From: Alphaproteobacteria bacterium
Lineage (GTDB): Bacteria > Pseudomonadota > Alphaproteobacteria > Rs-D84 > SZUA-605
NCBI GenBank assembly: GCA_031549385.1
Contig: JAVBPW010000005.1
Span: 32,001 to 96,000, forward strand
Direction of reading: 5' to 3'
Length of the DNA stretch: 64,000 bases
The notes under the pieces were generated by a model, which saw only the letters and a program-made list of their open reading frames with translations, made no database searches and was not told where the DNA came from. How positions within the stretch are numbered: the stretch's first letter is position 1; every line of letters starts with the position of its first letter. The position numbers were made by a program, and so were the translations under genes. Below, piece after piece: positions 60,430-64,000 of the stretch.

Positions 60430-61059
60430 TTGACAGTATTTAAAAAATACTTTGTTGTATTATCTGCATTACTGCTTAGTGCTTGCGAGCCTGAGCCGGT
60501 TATGTCTTATGAAGACTTTCTTGCTAATTATCCTGAAGCTAAAAAATTTGAAATTGATGCTACACCTGAAGCTAAAATAGAATCGGTGAGCAGAAAAGAA
60601 ACAATTACATACACAGAAGATAGAGAAGAAATTAAAAATATTGAAACAAAGTATGTAGAAGAAGATAAAGGGGAAACCAAAGAAGTTGATATAAAACAAG
60701 TGGAAGTTAAAAAACTGCCAGAACCTAAACCAGATTATGCAGGTTTTCATTTTGAAGGGTTGGTTTTTCCGCATAACTCAAGGTTAGATCCAGAAAGTAC
60801 TAAGATTTATAACAAAGAATCAAAAACCTTGTGGTTTGGGCATATAAGAGCATATAGTCCTTTTAATTTAAAAGATGCTTTTGCTTTTTATGTGAATGCT
60901 ATGCCAAGAAATGGCTGGGCTATGAAAACATATATGCTTGATAAAACTAAAGGAAATTTGGTTTTTGAAAAAGAAAACCGTCTTGTTCAGATTAATTTAG
61001 AATCTGGCGGTGATAAGAGTTCTTATTTAAATATAATAGTTTCTATTTTAAAGGAGTAG
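60430..61059 (+). CDS. Putative lipoprotein with one copy of an FY...MP.NGW domain
   Basis: LLSAC lipobox; TTG start at 60430 behind GGGGAGGGG. Confidence 0.7.
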   Translation: MTVFKKYFVVLSALLLSACEPEPVMSYEDFLANYPEAKKFEIDATPEAKIESVSRKETITYTEDREEIKNIETKYVEEDKGETKEVDIKQVEVKKLPEPKPDYAGFHFEGLVFPHNSRLDPESTKIYNKESKTLWFGHIRAYSPFNLKDAFAFYVNAMPRNGWAMKTYMLDKTKGNLVFEKENRLVQINLESGGDKSSYLNIIVSILKE

Positions 61060-61072
61060 AGAAGGGGGAAGT

Positions 61073-62104
61073 ATGAGACAACAAGTAATGAGAAGAAATA
61101 TGGTAAAAGAGTTAATTCAAGATTCTGCGGTGTTTGCGGTAGTATTCTTAATGTTGATGGGAATGTATGATACATTAGTTCCTAAAAAATTAAAGAAAGC
61201 TGAGCCTGTGGTTGAAATGGTTGCTAAAAATATTGGTAGTGGAAGGGGAAGGGTTGCTGAACAGCCTAAAGCTAGGGTGGTTTCACAAGATAAGGCTGCT
61301 GTGGCTAAATCAGAACCTGTGGTTGTTTCTTATATTGCACAAGGGTCAAAGGAAGTTATGAAACCTGTTGATACTTCTGCTATTAAAAACCCACCTGTGC
61401 TTGTTAGTGAAATGGATCCAAATGCATACTTCAGAGATGTTGTGTTTCCTGGAGAATCTGCTGTAGATATGTCTTCTACAAATGTTTATAAAGATCCAAC
61501 AACTGGTGATAATTTTGGAGTTTTAACTGTTAATGCTCCTTATGCTATTACTGGATTGTTTGAATATTATATAAATCAAATGCCTGCAAATGGTTGGGAA
61601 ATGGCTTCATACCAAGTTAATGAAAGTGAAAAAGGTGAAATACACTTTATTAATCACACAAGAAAACTTGATATGGTTATGGAAGATAATGGTGCTGAAG
61701 GGACTATTATAAGAGCTCATGTTACTCCAAAAGTTGAAGATGGAAGTTCTGCAAAAGGTCTTTTACCAGTGCTTGTTCGTGATACAGATCCAAATGCTTA
61801 CTTTAAAGATGTTTTGTTTGCTAATGGTACTGTTGTTGATATGGCTAAAACACAAGTTTATAAAGACTTAAAAACTGGAGAAACATTCGGAAATATGACA
61901 GTGAAAATACCTTATGCTATTCGTGGTGTGTTTGAATTCTACTTAAATAAAATGCACATGTTTGGATGGGATTTGGATACTTACAGTGTAGAAGATGAAA
62001 AAGGTGAAATACACTATAAAGCTGGAAGCCGTAGACTTGATATAGTAATGGAAGATGCTGGATCTGAAGGTACTGTTATGAAAGTTAGCGTAAGCATACA
62101 ATAA
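61073..62104 (+). CDS. Membrane-anchored protein with two copies of the same domain
   Basis: TM helix, then two ~120-aa repeats (DPNAYF.DV.F...VDM..T.VYKD..TG..FG...PYAI.G.FE.Y..GW...EKGEIH). Confidence 0.75.
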   Translation: MRQQVMRRNMVKELIQDSAVFAVVFLMLMGMYDTLVPKKLKKAEPVVEMVAKNIGSGRGRVAEQPKARVVSQDKAAVAKSEPVVVSYIAQGSKEVMKPVDTSAIKNPPVLVSEMDPNAYFRDVVFPGESAVDMSSTNVYKDPTTGDNFGVLTVNAPYAITGLFEYYINQMPANGWEMASYQVNESEKGEIHFINHTRKLDMVMEDNGAEGTIIRAHVTPKVEDGSSAKGLLPVLVRDTDPNAYFKDVLFANGTVVDMAKTQVYKDLKTGETFGNMTVKIPYAIRGVFEFYLNKMHMFGWDLDTYSVEDEKGEIHYKAGSRRLDIVMEDAGSEGTVMKVSVSIQ

Positions 62105-62127
62105 CTTGAACTTGGGAGGGGGAAGTT

Positions 62128-63114
62128 ATGGAATTACATAATGTAAATAATGGCGGAGGCCAAAGTAATAATAACCAATCAGGAGTGGGACAAAGTGTCC
62201 CTCCTTCTGGTGGAAAGAAAAAAATTATAATACAATTGTTTTATATTTTAATGATTGTGTTTGTAATAGCTTTGTTTTGGATTTATGCGACAAAAGATAT
62301 TGGACTATCAAATTTAGATTTTGTTAAAAATACTAAGAATTTTTTCACAAAAAAATCTGGTGATACATCTTTGCCTATGAAAGGAAAAGAAGGTGGAGAT
62401 AAGAAAGTAGCAAAAGCCGAAAATTGTGATAAGACTGATAGAAAAGAAAAAGAGAAAGTTCGTGTTGCAATTTTAGTTGGTAAAAATGTAGATGAGTTTT
62501 TTGTTACTACTATGATGTGTAGTGGAAATAATATATTTAAACTTCATGAAGGTAAAACTGAATGGTATGGTGATGTTGCTATAGTTGATGCAGACAAAAT
62601 GTCTTATAACATAGATACAGAAAAGGTAATAGATTTATATTTTTCATGCTTAGATGGATTTGTCGATCAATTTCCAAATGGGATGAAGGGAGAAATACTT
62701 TATATGGTAGCTGGTGATAGTGTTTTAGGTATAATGCCAGAAAAAGGATTGGCGTTTGACTTTGAAACTATTAAACCTACTGTGCGTGGACGTGAAGTTA
62801 TGGTTAAGAATTTTAGTATAATCTATAAAGATAATGGCGAAGTTTTATATAGCCCAAAAGATATACAAATTGAACCTGTTAATAATTTTCAAGCTCCTGT
62901 TTATCAACCACCAATTCAACCTGAACCAGTAGTTGTTAATGATATGCCTTATTTTGAAGCAAATCAAAGTACTGATTATGTGGTAGATTCACAAGAAGAA
63001 TTTGATGACCAAGGTCAAGATGAGTATTATGATGAAGCTCAAGGTGAGTTTGATGATGGTGGAGATGAATATGATGATTATCCAGAAGAAGAATTAGACG
63101 AAGGTCAATATTAG
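62128..63114 (+). CDS. Membrane-anchored hypothetical protein with acidic C-terminal tail
   Basis: Single TM helix; Pro-rich linker; D/E/Y/G-rich tail. Confidence 0.65.
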   Translation: MELHNVNNGGGQSNNNQSGVGQSVPPSGGKKKIIIQLFYILMIVFVIALFWIYATKDIGLSNLDFVKNTKNFFTKKSGDTSLPMKGKEGGDKKVAKAENCDKTDRKEKEKVRVAILVGKNVDEFFVTTMMCSGNNIFKLHEGKTEWYGDVAIVDADKMSYNIDTEKVIDLYFSCLDGFVDQFPNGMKGEILYMVAGDSVLGIMPEKGLAFDFETIKPTVRGREVMVKNFSIIYKDNGEVLYSPKDIQIEPVNNFQAPVYQPPIQPEPVVVNDMPYFEANQSTDYVVDSQEEFDDQGQDEYYDEAQGEFDDGGDEYDDYPEEELDEGQY

Positions 63115-63141
63115 TTTTCTTTATAAAAGAGAAAAGGGAGA

Positions 63142-63375
63142 TTAAAATCTCCCTTTTTTTGTTTTTGTATTATTTGTTATTGTATCTACAATTATTTTTG
63201 CAATAATTGCAGAAATTCCAACATATAAAAATACTGGAATTATAGTTGAAATTGTTTTTGATAGTTCTGTTTCCTGAAATTTAGGTAAAAGATTTATTAC
63301 ATAAATTGCAAATAATACAGTTACAATACTCCATACAAATAAACAAGAAAGTGTACTAACTACTTTGGTTTTCAT
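63142..63375 (-). CDS. Small two-TM membrane protein
   Basis: 77 aa with two hydrophobic helices; own TTGACA at 63433-63438; A-rich leader without SD. Confidence 0.55.
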   Translation of the reverse strand: MKTKVVSTLSCLFVWSIVTVLFAIYVINLLPKFQETELSKTISTIIPVFLYVGISAIIAKIIVDTITNNTKTKKGRF

Positions 63376-63516
63376 TTTTTAATTTTAATTTATTATTATC
63401 TGTACTTTTAATATAGTGAATAAAGCTTTATTTGTCAAGTGTTTAATATAAAATATATTGTAATAAAAAATGGCTCATATTGAGCCATTTAGTGTTTTTA
63501 TTACTGTTTTTAGAAA

Positions 63517-64000
63517 TTATTTCTTGTTTCTTATTACAGCTTGAGCTGCGGCTAGCCTCGCAACTGGAACTCTGTATGGTGAACATGATACAAAATCCAT
63601 TCCACATTTATGGAAGAAATTTATTGATTCTGGATCACCACCGTGTTCTCCACATACTCCAATATGAATATTGTGACCTTTAGTTTGACGGCCTAATTTA
63701 ACGCCTGTTTCAACTAATTTTCCTACACCTTGTTCATCAATAGATGCAAATGGGTCTGCTACATAAATGCCTTTTGTACGGTATTCGTCCAAAATAGTGC
63801 CTGTATCGTCACGGCTCATTCCTAATGTTGTTTGTGTTAAGTCGTTTGTTCCAAAGCCAAAAAAATCTGCACTTTGTGCTATTTCATCTGCTAATAATGC
63901 TGCACGTGGAAGTTCAATCATGCTTCCTACTTTATATTCGATTTTCATGCCTTTTTCTTCGAATATCTTTTGTGCTGTTGTATCGATTACTTCTTTACAT
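63517..64000 (-). CDS. ppdK: Pyruvate phosphate dikinase, 3' part (runs off window edge)
   Basis: [47 protein letters not shown]. Confidence 0.96.
   Translation of the reverse strand, partial: CKEVIDTTAQKIFEEKGMKIEYKVGSMIELPRAALLADEIAQSADFFGFGTNDLTQTTLGMSRDDTGTILDEYRTKGIYVADPFASIDEQGVGKLVETGVKLGRQTKGHNIHIGVCGEHGGDPESINFFHKCGMDFVSCSPYRVPVARLAAAQAVIRNKK

Overview
AT-rich bacterial chromosome segment, most likely from a low-GC alphaproteobacterium (inferred from CcrM, recO-parC adjacency, zauP-like/zapA, lpxC/lpxK and ppdK). It is mostly housekeeping: mraY-ftsW-murG, rpsA, gyrB, rpsF-rpsR-rplI, ftsH, ccrM, xseB, rsmA, recO, parC, ffh, lpxC, three tRNAs (Ser, Val, Cys) and an SRP RNA. Surface genes include two autotransporters, three tandem PilV-like minor pilins and several glycosyltransferases. 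The most unusual region is a ~1 kb minus-strand island at 33.9-34.9 kb, between tRNA-Val and a winged-helix regulator. It has its own sigma70-type promoters and terminators and encodes a tRNA-like gene with an amber-reading CUA anticodon, a second aberrant tRNA-like gene, two copies of a three-way-junction RNA motif with compensatory base changes that I cannot assign to a known family, and an ACP-like ORF lacking the phosphopantetheine serine and ending in TAG-TAG. A second pattern is a dispersed set of solo, GC-richer orphan genes that have an (A/C)CTTAAAAAT element where a Shine-Dalgarno would normally be. Also notable are a CdaA-type diadenylate cyclase and an alkD split at an A-AAA-AAG slippery run. 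All calls come from reading the sequence and ORF track; no searches were run.
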